From NCBI GenBank assembly GCA_032718475.1, contig JAUCBJ010000528.1, positions 1-64,000 on the forward strand: 64,000 nucleotides of DNA, read 5' to 3'. Of this stretch, positions 1-11,374 are shown one piece after another. The notes under the pieces were generated by a model, which searched no databases, was not told the DNA's origin, and was given only the letters and a program-made list of their open reading frames with translations. The position numbers were made by a program, and so were the translations under genes. Every line of letters begins with the position of its first letter. Position 1 is the stretch's first letter. This stretch comes from Nemertoderma westbladi (lineage: Eukaryota > Animalia > Xenacoelomorpha).

Positions 1-47
1 ACTGGAGAAGAAACTTATACCAACAGTGGTGATAATAGGATTTAATA

Positions 48-428
48 CGGGATGTCTGGTTGTTCCCTCGCGACGTCTGGTTGTTCCCTCGATACGTACG
101 GGATGTCTGGTTGTTCCCTCGCGACGTCTGGTTGTTCCCTCGATACGTACGGGATGTCTGGTTGTTCCCACGCGACGTCTGGTTGTTCCCTCGATACGTA
201 CGGGATGTCTGGTTGTTCCCACGCGACGTCTGGTTGTTCCCTCGATACGTACGGGATGTCTGGTTGTTCCTACGCGACGTCTAGTTGTTCCCTCGATACG
301 TACGGGATGTCTGGTTGTTCCCACGCGACGTCTGGTTGTTCCCTCGATACGTACGGGATGTCTGGTTGTTCCCACGCGACGTCTGGTTGTTCCCTCGATA
401 CGTACGGGATGTCTAGTTGTTCCCTCGC
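48..428. repeat. 51-bp minisatellite (~7.5 copies) with internal duplication of GTCTGGTTGTTCCC
   Basis: CGGGATGTCTGG recurs at 48, 99, 150...; the overlapping ORFs are repeat translations. Confidence 0.95.
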
Positions 429-1052
429 CATGTCAAATCACAGACAGGTTTATTTGTTTGGAATATCTCTCGGGTTACTTTGGTGAACATTGATTGTTTT
501 TCAGGTATTGAGGTTAATAAAGATTGCGTCAGTATCGTTTGTTTTATGTAGATAAGGAATTTCTCTTTGAATCTAATTAGTTCAGAGAGTTCTACTGATA
601 TAAACGTTTAATAATTTATTACGTTTAGAAAGGTGTTTAGTAAAAGATCAATGACTCTTTATTTTATTGTTGTACACAATGTGTTTGTAATTGTGGTCTG
701 ATGGCATTTCTAAGTATCGTGACGTATTATGTCGTGTTTTTTTCTGTGGATATAATTTTTCATTTTTTGGAATATCCCCAGCTATCTATCTCTATATTGA
801 TTATTGGTAATGTGCTGATTTATTTTAATGCATAATAATTGATTAAGATATGTTTAGGAGATTAATTTAAATCGCAATTAAGAACAGATGTTATACGTAT
901 TTCAAGTAACCAAGTAACGATTGCCCGAAAATTGAATTCAATTCATTAGCGGTGGTAAACAAAAAGGGGCTTCAGTAGGAATTACCCCTGGTTGATTCTC
1001 CTAAAAAGTTTACTATATTGATATATTGCTGTGCTAGTAGTGTCTGGTTTGG

Positions 1053-1276
1053 TATGTACGATCTTAGTATTTACGATCTTAGTATGTACGATCTTAGTAT
1101 GTACGATCTTAGTATGTACGATCTTAGTATGTACGATCTTAGTATGTACGATCTTAGTATGCACGATCTTAGTATGCACGATCTTAGTATGTACGATCTT
1201 AGTATGTACGATCTTAGTATGCACGATCTTAGTATGTACGATCTTAGTATGTACGATCTTAGTATGTACGATCTTA
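1053..1276. repeat. 15-bp tandem repeat (TAGTATGTACGATCT, ~15 copies)
   Basis: Directly visible periodicity. Confidence 0.95.
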
Positions 1277-1622
1277 ATAATTTGAACTCATATCTATAAA
1301 TCGATGGAAAGTATAAGTACTATACGTAAAATTGTTAGTGAATCGAGAAGTTGATAGATAGTAGATTTGTATTAGTTATATACCACATATTTTTTGGAAA
1401 TGTATAAGTTTATATTTTTTCTTCTAACTGATGTACGTCATGACTATGTCTCTATTATATATATATATTATGATGGTTGAACAAACATATAGAGCGTGCA
1501 TTTTTTCTTGAGTTATTATTTAGGGAAATATTTATTAGTCCGAGTGCATTATAGCCTAAATAACAACTGGGAGCGGTATAAATGCCCGTATCCCTTATAC
1601 TGTATACCAAATTTGTTTACAT

Positions 1623-2326
1623 TGTTGGCCTTGTTAATTTCCTTTATATTACGCCACCTAGCGAGGTATGCCAATACTGCTTTTTTACCGAATGTATATA
1701 TAGTGCAATTTAAATCATAATTATCAGACTCGGTATTATTTTACATACCCCACGTTGGGTTGCTAATAGGCCATACTTTTCAGCACTACAACACTACACT
1801 ACACTACACTACCGGTACATTTACGCTCATTCGCACTCACGTTTCTGTTATTCTACTATTCTGTTTGATATTGTTATTATTATTGCTTTGATTGTTATAC
1901 AATAAACTAACTGCTGAACTGGTTCAACCATCAGAAGAAGGGTTTTCCTCGATGTTATCCCTCAGTTAGCTTACAGAGTACTAGAGTAGCAGACTGCCGC
2001 TACTGGCTGACTGGAGAAAGTCACTGCAACGCCGCAATACTTCAGGTCGGTATCATATTTGCCAGCTGGTTACTGCCATTGACTGGCCCGAACTCCGGCA
2101 TTCAACGCACTGAGTGTGAGTGTCTCCCCCAAGTAACCTTATTGCAGTTGTGCTGTCTGTCCGCATTAGGCCTATACAAATCAGTTAAGCCTAATCGTCG
2201 TCGATGTTAATACCCTTCAGCCCTTTGCTTCGTGTGAGCGTGTGTCTGTGTGTAACAGTGTGGTAATGTGCCTGCGAATCCGCTAAACAACCCACGTAGG
2301 GCGCTAGAATCTCTCTAGCACCAACA
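1623..2326. mobile_element. Possible solo LTR of an unrelated element truncating the 3' end of the left BEL copy
   Basis: TGTTGG at 1623 and CCAACA at 2321-2326 (TG..CA inverted ends); AATAAA at ~1901; homology to the right BEL copy's 3' UTR stops at 2327. No target-site duplication found. Confidence 0.3.
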
Positions 2327-2469
2327 TCTACTAAATAATCACTAAAATAACATTCTACTAAATAAAATTAAAGAAAACGATTATAATAAAATTACATAAT
2401 AATACATACATAAATATAAAATAAAAACAAATATAAAATGATATAGTCACACGCCCACTCCATATGTTA

Positions 2470-5400
2470 TTAAGTTATGGAGTCCCTAGATATTTGTCGG
2501 ATTAGGGAAGTGGTCGTAGGAAGAGTATCTTGCCTTCCATAGTTTCCGGACAGTTTTCGGTCTCTTTCCAATAAACATAAACGACCAGCTGGGCGATTGA
2601 GTTGTTGTGTTACTTTCTCCGCTCCCTTGGCCTGTCTAATCTTCGCCGTGGTAAGATGCGGAGGCCATTCTTCTTCTTCTTTACTTAAGAAGTCGGATCC
2701 ACCTAACCAGCCTGGAGTATCTATCAGTTCTTGAGGAGTTGCTCCTCTGGAAGCGATGTCGGCTGGATTAATCGTCCCAAGGCAATGTCTCCATTGATCT
2801 ACATTGGAGTTAATATCGTCATTATCTGAGGAGTATGGTGTTCCCTCAGTTGGATCGTCCACATCACTGCTCTCCACTTCCCATTCCTTTACTTGGTATA
2901 CCTGTTGTTGAGGTAATCTCTCTTTGAGAGTTCTACGGGAAGGGCCAGTGAAGTACCAACCTACTCTAGTTCTTACCGCATAGGTTTGTAGTGGCTGCGG
3001 TTGAGCAGGCCGTTTCTCCAATGTCTCGAGCGCCTCATGCGCGTTTTGGCCGATGAGTATTTGCACTCCAGGATAATCTGTCTGGAATCGAGGTATCTTA
3101 AGACGTTGGATGCTCTCATCCTCGTCCCAATTATAAAGGTCTGCTTGAGTAGTAGCGAAGTTCTTTATAGCTACCATTTTTACCGACCTTATACCTTGTG
3201 CTCCTAATTTATCCTGGGGGGTGGACAACACACCTACATAGTAGTCTGCCGTTAGGGTAGATTTCCAAACCTGCATAATTCCTGACATATTTAATTTAGT
3301 CCGGAATTTGGGTTGTCCAGCAAAGATATCTTCGGCTAGTTCTTGATCGATGAATGTTCCTGTGCTGCCGGAGTCAAGGAGGGCGTTCACTATGTAACTT
3401 TTGTTAGGACCGTGAACTCTTACCTGCACTACAGGAAATTCTCTGATTCCTACGTTGGAAGTTGGAGCTTTCCAAGATGGTTGTTTGGCAAAAGTAGTTG
3501 GGGGAAACTCATTGTTGGTGTCCTTTCCATAAGTAAGTGCTCGATACACTGCGGTATTGATTAGATAACAGGATTCGTTGGCGTCGGAGAATTCGTCAGT
3601 ATAGAATCCTTCCATCTCAGACTCCTGATCAGTGTCATTTACATCACTGAATTGGACATGTAGTTCGGGCTCACTTACCTGACTCTGTTTGTCTCGTTCG
3701 AACTCACTGTGTAACAAGATGTGATGTTTCGCGCCACACTTTGCACACTTTATGTCGGAGTAACAGGTTCGCCGTTGGTGTCCTGATCTGAGGCAATTAT
3801 AGCATAACCGCTTATTCCACAGGACTGTACGTCTGTCTACAAGGGATTTCTTTAGAAATTCAGCACACGCACTCAAACGGTGGGGCCCGTCGCACAGCGC
3901 ACATTTTGGTTTGATGTTACTCACCTTACCTTGGGTAACGTTATGCACTCTCGTTCTTTCTTCGGGCTTTCTTCCGTGAATTCTCTTAGGAGACGTAGGA
4001 GGAGTTGTTGTTACCTGTTCTCTCCTGTCACTGGTTCGAGACTTGTATTTACTTACGTCTTTATAGGTCTTCTTGTCATAGTAAGATTTTGCTGTGTCTT
4101 TCCCGCTGTCCTCTTCTTGAGAAGCTTGGCTTTCGCCGTCGTCAGTATAACACACTGGTATTATCCTTCTCCTAGAAACGGGTTTCTCACTTACCTTATT
4201 TTCCGATGTTTTCTCTCTGGACTGCTTTATGAGTTGTAATTTTACTTCACTATCTAAGAAGGACATGAGATCAGCCATGGTAGGACTTCGTCGTTGTTGT
4301 TCATTCATGTACAACACTTTCTTGTCCCAGCGTGTACATACTCCACCCTTTGGTAAAGTAGAGACTACGGCTCCAATAACCATTGAACTCTGATATTCAT
4401 GAGACTTACCTAACCAGTCCAATTGTCTACAGATCTCCTGAATTTCATCGGAAAACTCTATAATCCCGCTACTAAGGAAGTGTCGGGGGGCTACTAATTT
4501 TGCATACAAATACTTAGCTATGTTATCCTTGTTACCATACCTGATGTTTAATGTATACCAAACTTGTCTTAATCCTTCTGGATGTCCAATAAACTTTAAC
4601 GCCATTAACTTGGGAGGTCCTTCCAAGCACTTGATGAGGAACCTAAGTTTCTCTCCGTTAGATAGCACAGAGTTCTGTATGCTGTCTTTGTAATATTCGT
4701 TGAAAGGTAACCATTTCATCTCATCTCCATTGAATTTGACGATCTCTCCCACTTTGACCGCTTGGCGGGCTTCTGTTCTAGCCATCTGCCGCGTAAAGCT
4801 TTCTTGGGCCATCGTGTTATTTAATATCGAATTATCGGTATATAAATTTCTCGGATCAGTATCAGGTCTATAGGGAATATCATTAATAACAGGTCTATAA
4901 TCACCCTTAATAGGATTTGCTATAGGGGTTTCTACTTCACTAGCAGTATAGATGCGTGTAGGCTCCACACCTTGCGCATGTAAGACTTCAGACCTAACAG
5001 GTTGACACAATGTTACAGGGGGTATTGGTATTCCCTTTTGTATATTGACTAATTTGTCGCGTTCTAGCGCGATACTTTGCTGCACTTCTTGCAATTCGGC
5101 CCTACTTTCCCTTACTGTTCCCTTAAGCTGGTGTACAGTCTCCTGCATCTGTCCGAGCAGGAGATTCATCCCCCACCGTCCCTCCTCTACCCACTCAACC
5201 GCCGAAGCGGGAGTCGCCAACATAGTAGCGGGCTGACGCGGGACGACGGGAGACAAATCTTTGATTTCTCTCTCAGCTTCCAGGACAGGGATATTCTCAT
5301 GGACTGTTCTACCGGGTACAGGCAGTGTAGTACTGTGTAAGGGGAATTTAGAGTTAAGCTCTGGAAGTACAGGGGTCTCTAACACAGAAGTGACTTTGGG

Positions 5401-6825
5401 AACGACAGGCCTAATTATTTCAGGCTCATCAACTATTGTAGGGAGTCTTTTGACCTGAATAGTTTGGTATGTGGGTTCCGTACTCGCTAAGTCTGTGCTA
5501 GCTAGTTGTCTTCTAACAGCTGGGGGCAAATCAGGCAATTTGTGACGATGAGATGTTTTTCTACGCCTGCTTAGACGAGATCTATTTCCTCCGCCTTCAG
5601 GATCGGTGGTTTCACTTTCTTCCGACGATGTGTATCCCTGGCGTTTGGGAGTAGATTTTCTCATCATTTGCATGTGACTAGCAGTTAACTGTTTATTTAT
5701 GTTGTCTTGCGTCTCTTGCAGATTTTCCAACTCCAGTTGGGCAGTCTCCTCAAAGGCTCTCCGTTCTGCTTCTGCCACTGCCTTTGCTGCTGCCACAGTC
5801 GCTTTTCTTTCTGCTTCGGCTTCTGCCGCCGCTGCCTTTCTTTCTGCTTCTGCTTCTGCCGCCGCTGTTACTGCAGTCGCTTTTCTTTCTGCTTCGGCTT
5901 CTGCCGCCGCTGCCTTTCTTTCTGCTTCTGCTTCTGCCGCCGCTGTTACTGCAGCTGCCTTTCTTTCTGCTTCCACTTCGGCCATTGCCGCTGTTACTGC
6001 AGCTGCCTTTCGGTCCTCTATCCGTTTTTTCTTTACTAGTTCTTCTTGGACTCTAGTGAGTCGGAGTTTCTCATCAAACTCAGCTTGGTTAGCAGCTAAC
6101 ATTTCAGCATCGATTGCGTCCAACACAAGCTTGGTTCCTTCACTATTAGGGCGAAGTCCAGACAGTCGTCTCCTCAACTCTTCGTCTCCTATGAATCGCT
6201 GATAGTCTGACAGATAGATGTCAATGGCGTCTCTAGTTCGCGGCTTCTCTGCTGCTGTTAATTCGCTTTCCACTTCGCTTTCCACCTCGCTTTCCACTTC
6301 GCTTTCCACCTCACTTTCCACTTCGCTTTCCACCTCACTTTCCACTTCGCTTTCCACCTCACTTTCCACTTCGCTTTCCACCTCACTTTCCACTTGAGAA
6401 GAAGTGGCGTCGGTTGATTCTTCATAGGTTGGCCGCTCATCATAAACCGTATCCACCATCTTCGCTCCGCTTTCGGGCGTCCGCTCAACAGTATCCGAAC
6501 TACTGGAGCTATCGGGCCGCTGAGAACTAGGTTCTTGGCTAGGAGGTTGCTGCTGTTTTATAGCTTCTTCTTGATCCCGCTTGACTTGGGCCCGAGTGCC
6601 TATGGCAGACCAACGGCGCTTCACTAACTTCGCAAATTGCGAAATCTTTTCTACCAACCTAGGTTCTGACACAACCACTGCAGGGGTTGCCCTTCTTACA
6701 GTATGAGGGGTTTCAGACCTCGGTCTGGGATTCTCTACACTTTGATCTGAGAAACAGGCTGTTGTTTCTAGGAGACTATCTGACAGAGTTTGCCTTGTGT
6801 CAGCCATGTTTGATTGTACAGTCAA
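2470..6825 (-). CDS. BEL/Pao Gag-aspartic protease ORF (1451 aa) fused in frame to short remnants of the RNase H C-terminus and pol C-terminus
   Basis: DUF1759-like KFNGDEMKW..F; three BEL-type Zn knuckles (CALCDGPH..C, CYNC...H....C, CAKC...HH..LH); ALLDSGS protease; then directly WRHC.GTINPADIASRG and RP.GRLCLLE. Likely start is MADTRQ. Confidence 0.9.
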   Translation of the reverse strand: MTVQSNMADTRQTLSDSLLETTACFSDQSVENPRPRSETPHTVRRATPAVVVSEPRLVEKISQFAKLVKRRWSAIGTRAQVKRDQEEAIKQQQPPSQEPSSQRPDSSSSSDTVERTPESGAKMVDTVYDERPTYEESTDATSSQVESEVESEVESEVESEVESEVESEVESEVESEVESEVESEVESELTAAEKPRTRDAIDIYLSDYQRFIGDEELRRRLSGLRPNSEGTKLVLDAIDAEMLAANQAEFDEKLRLTRVQEELVKKKRIEDRKAAAVTAAMAEVEAERKAAAVTAAAEAEAERKAAAAEAEAERKATAVTAAAEAEAERKAAAAEAEAERKATVAAAKAVAEAERRAFEETAQLELENLQETQDNINKQLTASHMQMMRKSTPKRQGYTSSEESETTDPEGGGNRSRLSRRRKTSHRHKLPDLPPAVRRQLASTDLASTEPTYQTIQVKRLPTIVDEPEIIRPVVPKVTSVLETPVLPELNSKFPLHSTTLPVPGRTVHENIPVLEAEREIKDLSPVVPRQPATMLATPASAVEWVEEGRWGMNLLLGQMQETVHQLKGTVRESRAELQEVQQSIALERDKLVNIQKGIPIPPVTLCQPVRSEVLHAQGVEPTRIYTASEVETPIANPIKGDYRPVINDIPYRPDTDPRNLYTDNSILNNTMAQESFTRQMARTEARQAVKVGEIVKFNGDEMKWLPFNEYYKDSIQNSVLSNGEKLRFLIKCLEGPPKLMALKFIGHPEGLRQVWYTLNIRYGNKDNIAKYLYAKLVAPRHFLSSGIIEFSDEIQEICRQLDWLGKSHEYQSSMVIGAVVSTLPKGGVCTRWDKKVLYMNEQQRRSPTMADLMSFLDSEVKLQLIKQSREKTSENKVSEKPVSRRRIIPVCYTDDGESQASQEEDSGKDTAKSYYDKKTYKDVSKYKSRTSDRREQVTTTPPTSPKRIHGRKPEERTRVHNVTQGKVSNIKPKCALCDGPHRLSACAEFLKKSLVDRRTVLWNKRLCYNCLRSGHQRRTCYSDIKCAKCGAKHHILLHSEFERDKQSQVSEPELHVQFSDVNDTDQESEMEGFYTDEFSDANESCYLINTAVYRALTYGKDTNNEFPPTTFAKQPSWKAPTSNVGIREFPVVQVRVHGPNKSYIVNALLDSGSTGTFIDQELAEDIFAGQPKFRTKLNMSGIMQVWKSTLTADYYVGVLSTPQDKLGAQGIRSVKMVAIKNFATTQADLYNWDEDESIQRLKIPRFQTDYPGVQILIGQNAHEALETLEKRPAQPQPLQTYAVRTRVGWYFTGPSRRTLKERLPQQQVYQVKEWEVESSDVDDPTEGTPYSSDNDDINSNVDQWRHCLGTINPADIASRGATPQELIDTPGWLGGSDFLSKEEEEWPPHLTTAKIRQAKGAEKVTQQLNRPAGRLCLLERDRKLSGNYGRQDTLPTTTSLIRQISRDSIT

Positions 6826-8177
6826 ATGCCTACTGCTATATTACAGTTAAAGCAAGTCTAGTAATTCAGTATCACTGTTAGCCTAATAATTAAACACTGC
6901 TACTCAGTGTAGCGTGATATATATATAATATATTAGAATACCGGTATGCTTATAATATATATATAAGTATTATTACAGACTAGATTTGTCACAGAGTACC
7001 GGTATATAATTTTAGCACAAATATATATAAATATATAATAGGCCTATCGTGAATACCGGTATGCAGCTTACACTTATAGTATATAAGTATAATTCTGGAC
7101 TAGAATTAATTACAGAATACCGGTATGATTTCAGCACAAATCCATAGAAATAAATATAATAAGCCTATGGTAAATACCGGTATGTCAATTATTTTAGAAT
7201 AATTGAATTTCTGAATATTTTAGGGTTACTTGGTTACTTTAACTTACTTTATTACCGTTATTTAAGCAGCAGTCCAACTGATATTGAGACCTAGTTGTTG
7301 TATGGCAGGCCTACTATTTATAAATCGTTTGAGTTGATTTATAATGGATATATACCCGTTTAAAATGGGTTTTTGTCAATATTTGAAATAAATGTTATTA
7401 TTTCTGGGGGGTCACTACACAGAAGCTGTGCGCTCTCAGTGAAGTGCTATTTATTTGACACTAAAACTGATAATTCTAATTTACCTAAGTTACTTAATAC
7501 TACAAATTACGTATGATACGGGTGAGATTAAATCTCTAATTAAACACAACAAAAATATTACGTACGAATTTTTAGGGTAATTTTACAGGAAGTCTACAGA
7601 CCAGTCTAACAAAGGGTTAGAATTCTGGTTATTACAACGGACAGGGTACTACGGTATTTGAAAATAATAAGTAGTAGTAAATATATTGCACTGTCCAGAT
7701 AGGAAAATACCACCGCCTGACGACCTATAACCGTATCGCTATAGGTACTACGTTATGTATCACGGAGTGTTCCTACCTAGAAGTTAATTACCGCGGACTA
7801 CCAGATCCAGCGTGCCTATTAACCACTTTACAACACAAATATACTGCCTACACACTAATTACTTCGGAAAGCACTGTACACTAAACCCTAAATTAGGTAC
7901 AAGTACTGGTACAACAAATAATCAGTAGTTAAATATACTTGAACAGTTAAAAGAACCACGGCATCTGCTGGAGTGACCAGAGCACAAAGTCACCAGTCTT
8001 GTCCTACGCCAAGCAGCCCGTGTAGTACCGGGGTTAATTTAACTATAACGGTATGTGTAACAAACACAATTACTGTAGGAATAAACTTGGGGACATGAAT
8101 GTTGCGAATAATCGCATAAACTCTGAATAATAAATATTACGCTACCCGTACAGAATACTCAAACAAAATACAAACCA

Positions 8178-8650
8178 AACGCTGGCAGACTACCACCAAG
8201 CCTAAATAAACTACTGTATGTGCAGATTCCAAAACGGTTAGTTAGTATGCGTTCTAACACGGTAGTACGACTTATTCTTTAAGAGGGGATTGACCTTACA
8301 GTTATGACTGCCCCAACTTACTAACTGGCACTTTATCAGACAAACTCTACACAAGCAGCAATCTCTTCAGACCTAATAATAGCTAGACAACAATCCAGCC
8401 TACAAAATATCTGAGTAATAACTATTACGGTACCTGAACAGACTACACAAACAAACACAGGCCAAAACGCTGGCAGAATACTGTCAAGCCTAAATAAACT
8501 ACAGTATGTGCAGATTCCAAAATTATTAGTTAGTATGCGTTCTAACACGGTAGTACGACTTATTCTTTAAGAGGGGATTGACCTTACAGCAATGGCTGCC
8601 CCAACTTACTAACTGGCACTCTATCGGACAAACTCTACACACGCCGTAAT
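8178..8650. repeat. ~290-bp tandem duplication in the BEL leader (mirrored at ~20180-20655)
   Basis: AAACGCTGGCAGA...GATTGACCTTACAG block present twice in each copy. Confidence 0.85.
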
Positions 8651-8861
8651 CTCTCCAAACCCAACAACAATCCGGCCTACAGTTATCTGAACAATCTGAG
8701 CAGACTTACACGTCTTCAGCTCAATATTAACTTACTAGGAAATAAAACTGACAGAAATAGACCTAAGTAAAATCCCAATAAAAATCAGGCGTCCCCGATT
8801 TAATATCGAGACCTACCGGTATACAATAATCAAATCGAATAATACTAATGTACTTATACTG

Positions 8862-8990
8862 GAAGTACCGGTTAGGACAGTTGGGCCTACGGACCTACAG
8901 AAGTACCGGTTCTGGCAGTTGGACCTACTGACCTACAGCAGTACCGGTTCTGGCAGTTGGGCCTACTGACCTACAGAAGTACCGGTTCAG
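8862..8990. repeat. ~38-bp tandem repeats in the BEL leader (mirrored at ~19800-19965)
   Basis: GTACCGGTTCTGGCAGTTGGGCCTACTGACCTACAG-like units x3-4. Confidence 0.85.
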
Positions 8991-10309
8991 GTTTACCGGT
9001 TGACCGGTACTTTCAACTTTATTGCTAACTGCAATAAAGTCAATGACTGTTATTGTACGCGCTTTTGGAAGACCTTTAGCAGTTTAACCTGCCAAAATTT
9101 ATATGTCTTTTGGTTTATAAATATACTTTAGAAGATGACAAATATTTAATACCAATAAACACAACATTAGCAGAAGCCAGCCTAGTGCGCGTCCATTCAC
9201 CCGCTGGATATTCCCGGGAGACTGGATTCTGAGGGCTTAAATTATTATTGCAGTGAAGCTTACTGTATTGTATTATTCGATTGATCGTTAATAATTAATT
9301 TCTGACTAATATTATTTACTTTCGGGAAATATTGACAGTTCCTTTAGGACGTGGCGCTCTATCTAAGTAAACCGAGATATGACTTACACTAATCACAACG
9401 GTAAGTCGGTAAGGCTTAAGATTCACGTATGAGGCGCATTCTTTAGGAAATGCTTAGTTATCAATCACAATCATGCACACTACCGGTAACACACAATACT
9501 GCTCACTAATTTGCCGACCGTGAATGAATTTTATCATATATAAAGCGAACAGCAATTGACTCATGTAGGGCTTATCAAATAGCATTAAATTCACTACAAA
9601 CCACAATAATATAAGTCGCAATCGCTATATATAACCCGTCTCTCTAACCTGTAGTGTATCAAGAAAATTGGGAAATTTGGGTTCTTTATATATGTTCTCC
9701 AAATGATATTCAACCAAAACACAACAGTAAATAGCAGTATAATAATGTATGTTAAACAGTAATAACAACAAAGTATTGAATTGTGAATGGATTTGACTGA
9801 TAACAGTCATACGCTCTATAATTTAAGCCTACTAATGTTTCTTCTTAAAGTATGAAACGAATTGACTCTAGAGCCGTTGTTCCTGGCCTAGATAGCAATA
9901 ACACAAAGTATCAAGTAAAAACAGTAAGACTGAACACTCTCCTTATGATCGGCCGAAAAGCTACACGTCGACAGGAAAAATCGCTCTGATTGGCTCAAGC
10001 CAAACAAAGAACCATGCGTCCAATGGCTGTTTCCATGTCAGCAACCGGCTGTTGGATGTCGTAATATGAATCATCACGGCCAAGCTGTGAAAGGCATTTG
10101 GTGCATTGCAGGTTTTTTGCCTTCTATGTCCGCTAAAACACGTATATAGCAGAATGACTTTTATGTCCGTGAAAACACCTGTAACGGCACCTTGCGGGCG
10201 AGGGGAATATATGTACAGTTAGAGAACCTTTTTAGAGTATTCCAGCGCCTGGGGGGAAACTGGATTGCGAAGCAAAAGGGGCCAGTTATATCCCACAGAA
10301 GCTTTTACA

Positions 10310-10528
10310 GAGCGCCGGGCCAACAATCTAGTGGTTGTAGGTTCAGCCCCGCCAGGGTTCACTCAGCCTGTCATCCACTGGGGTCGATAAAATGAGTACC
10401 AGTTAAATAACTGGGAGCAAATCTTGGGATAGGAGTAGCGCCCACCCCTACCTACCCCCGGGTAGCAGTGCTATCGAAAGAGGAGCCTTTGGGTCGCCTC
10501 CGGCTTTGGCTGACTGTTTGCTTGCTTG
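10310..10528 (+). mobile_element. tRNA-derived SINE, 5'-truncated at the BEL junction, with conserved central domain and RTE-type tail
   Basis: B-box-like GGTTCAGCCCC; ACTCAGCCTGTCATCC...GGTCGATAAAATGAGTACCAG resembles the Sauria/MetaSINE-type core; tail GAGCCTTTGGGTCGCC ending in (GCTT)n. Confidence 0.7.
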
Positions 10529-11194
10529 AACCCTTTGATGCGGGCGCGCTTACATTGCACACCCAACAGGTATTCGGTGATCCGCTTTCTCATTCATTCC
10601 TATGATGCTACTCTACACCTACTGTACCACAGCTGAGCAAACAGGTATGAGGTCATCGCCTCTGAGATACAAGTAACAGTGAACCTTCAAGTCCGGAAAT
10701 ATTTTTTGAATAAACGTTTTACGAAATAAATGTATATAATTAGTGTTTATGTCCTTAACCTAATTGTCATATTGTCTCTTCAAAACATAAAAACTAGAAA
10801 GCCAGCAAGATGGCTATAAGGAGACCGTCTATAGGACAACAAAACCGAAAAATCTAAATCTTAATTCCGTTTCTGTGTTAGTCCGAAACGAAAAGATGAA
10901 CATTAATATTTAACCATATCCAACCCCGGTATCACTATGAAGCAACCAATTTAATATAAGCATATAATATGCAATGCATGTATCCTATAATAATATTCTA
11001 CAAAACCAGAGGGCGCTTTCGCTCAATAACGGTTTGGTTAATAATATAATGGAGGTAGAGAGTGGGGGTGTCATGTCAATATAATCGTCCAGTATCAATG
11101 TAAGTCTGCCCGACAGCTGTTGGGATTATAGCTGACTGATTGTTTGAACTAAACAGAGTTCTATAAGACAAACGTAGTGTAGTTGGGTTCCACC

Positions 11195-11374
11195 CAAGGC
11201 GATACCTAGATACACAGAAGCGGCAGTGAAAGATAGGCCTACAATAAAAATATACGGTCAGCCAGCAGTACTGTGTACTGCTGCAGTAGTTCAGCTGTGC
11301 CGGTACCAAATTTTCGGCCTCCGCTAGCAGAGGCCAGAATTACGGTGTCATGGCCTGTACTAGGTATCGCCTTG
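11195..11374. mobile_element. 180-bp MITE, P-element-like
   Basis: Perfect 15-bp TIR CAAGGCGATACCTAG; 8-bp flanks GTTCCACC / GTCCCACC (7/8 match). Confidence 0.7.

Larger units (their letters stand above)
2327..10309 (-). mobile_element. BEL/Pao LTR retrotransposon, internally deleted copy (no RT or integrase core, 3' LTR not seen)
   Basis: Reverse complement aligns with the 18555-30900 element; both begin TGTAAAAGCTT; shared ~3.4-kb leader, gag-protease and 3' UTR. Confidence 0.9.

Noticed and set aside
26-1299. Short repetitive ORFs over the 51-bp and 15-bp arrays
   Set aside because: Open in several frames purely because of repeat periodicity
1746-1765. Minus-strand CCCAACGTGGGG resembling a tRNA-Lys PBS
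   Set aside because: Lacks the TGG start, no adjacent LTR CA end and no following gag
2600-2830. Deletions in the left BEL as products of splicing
   Set aside because: Junctions retain extra or filler bases and do not fit clean GT-AG removal
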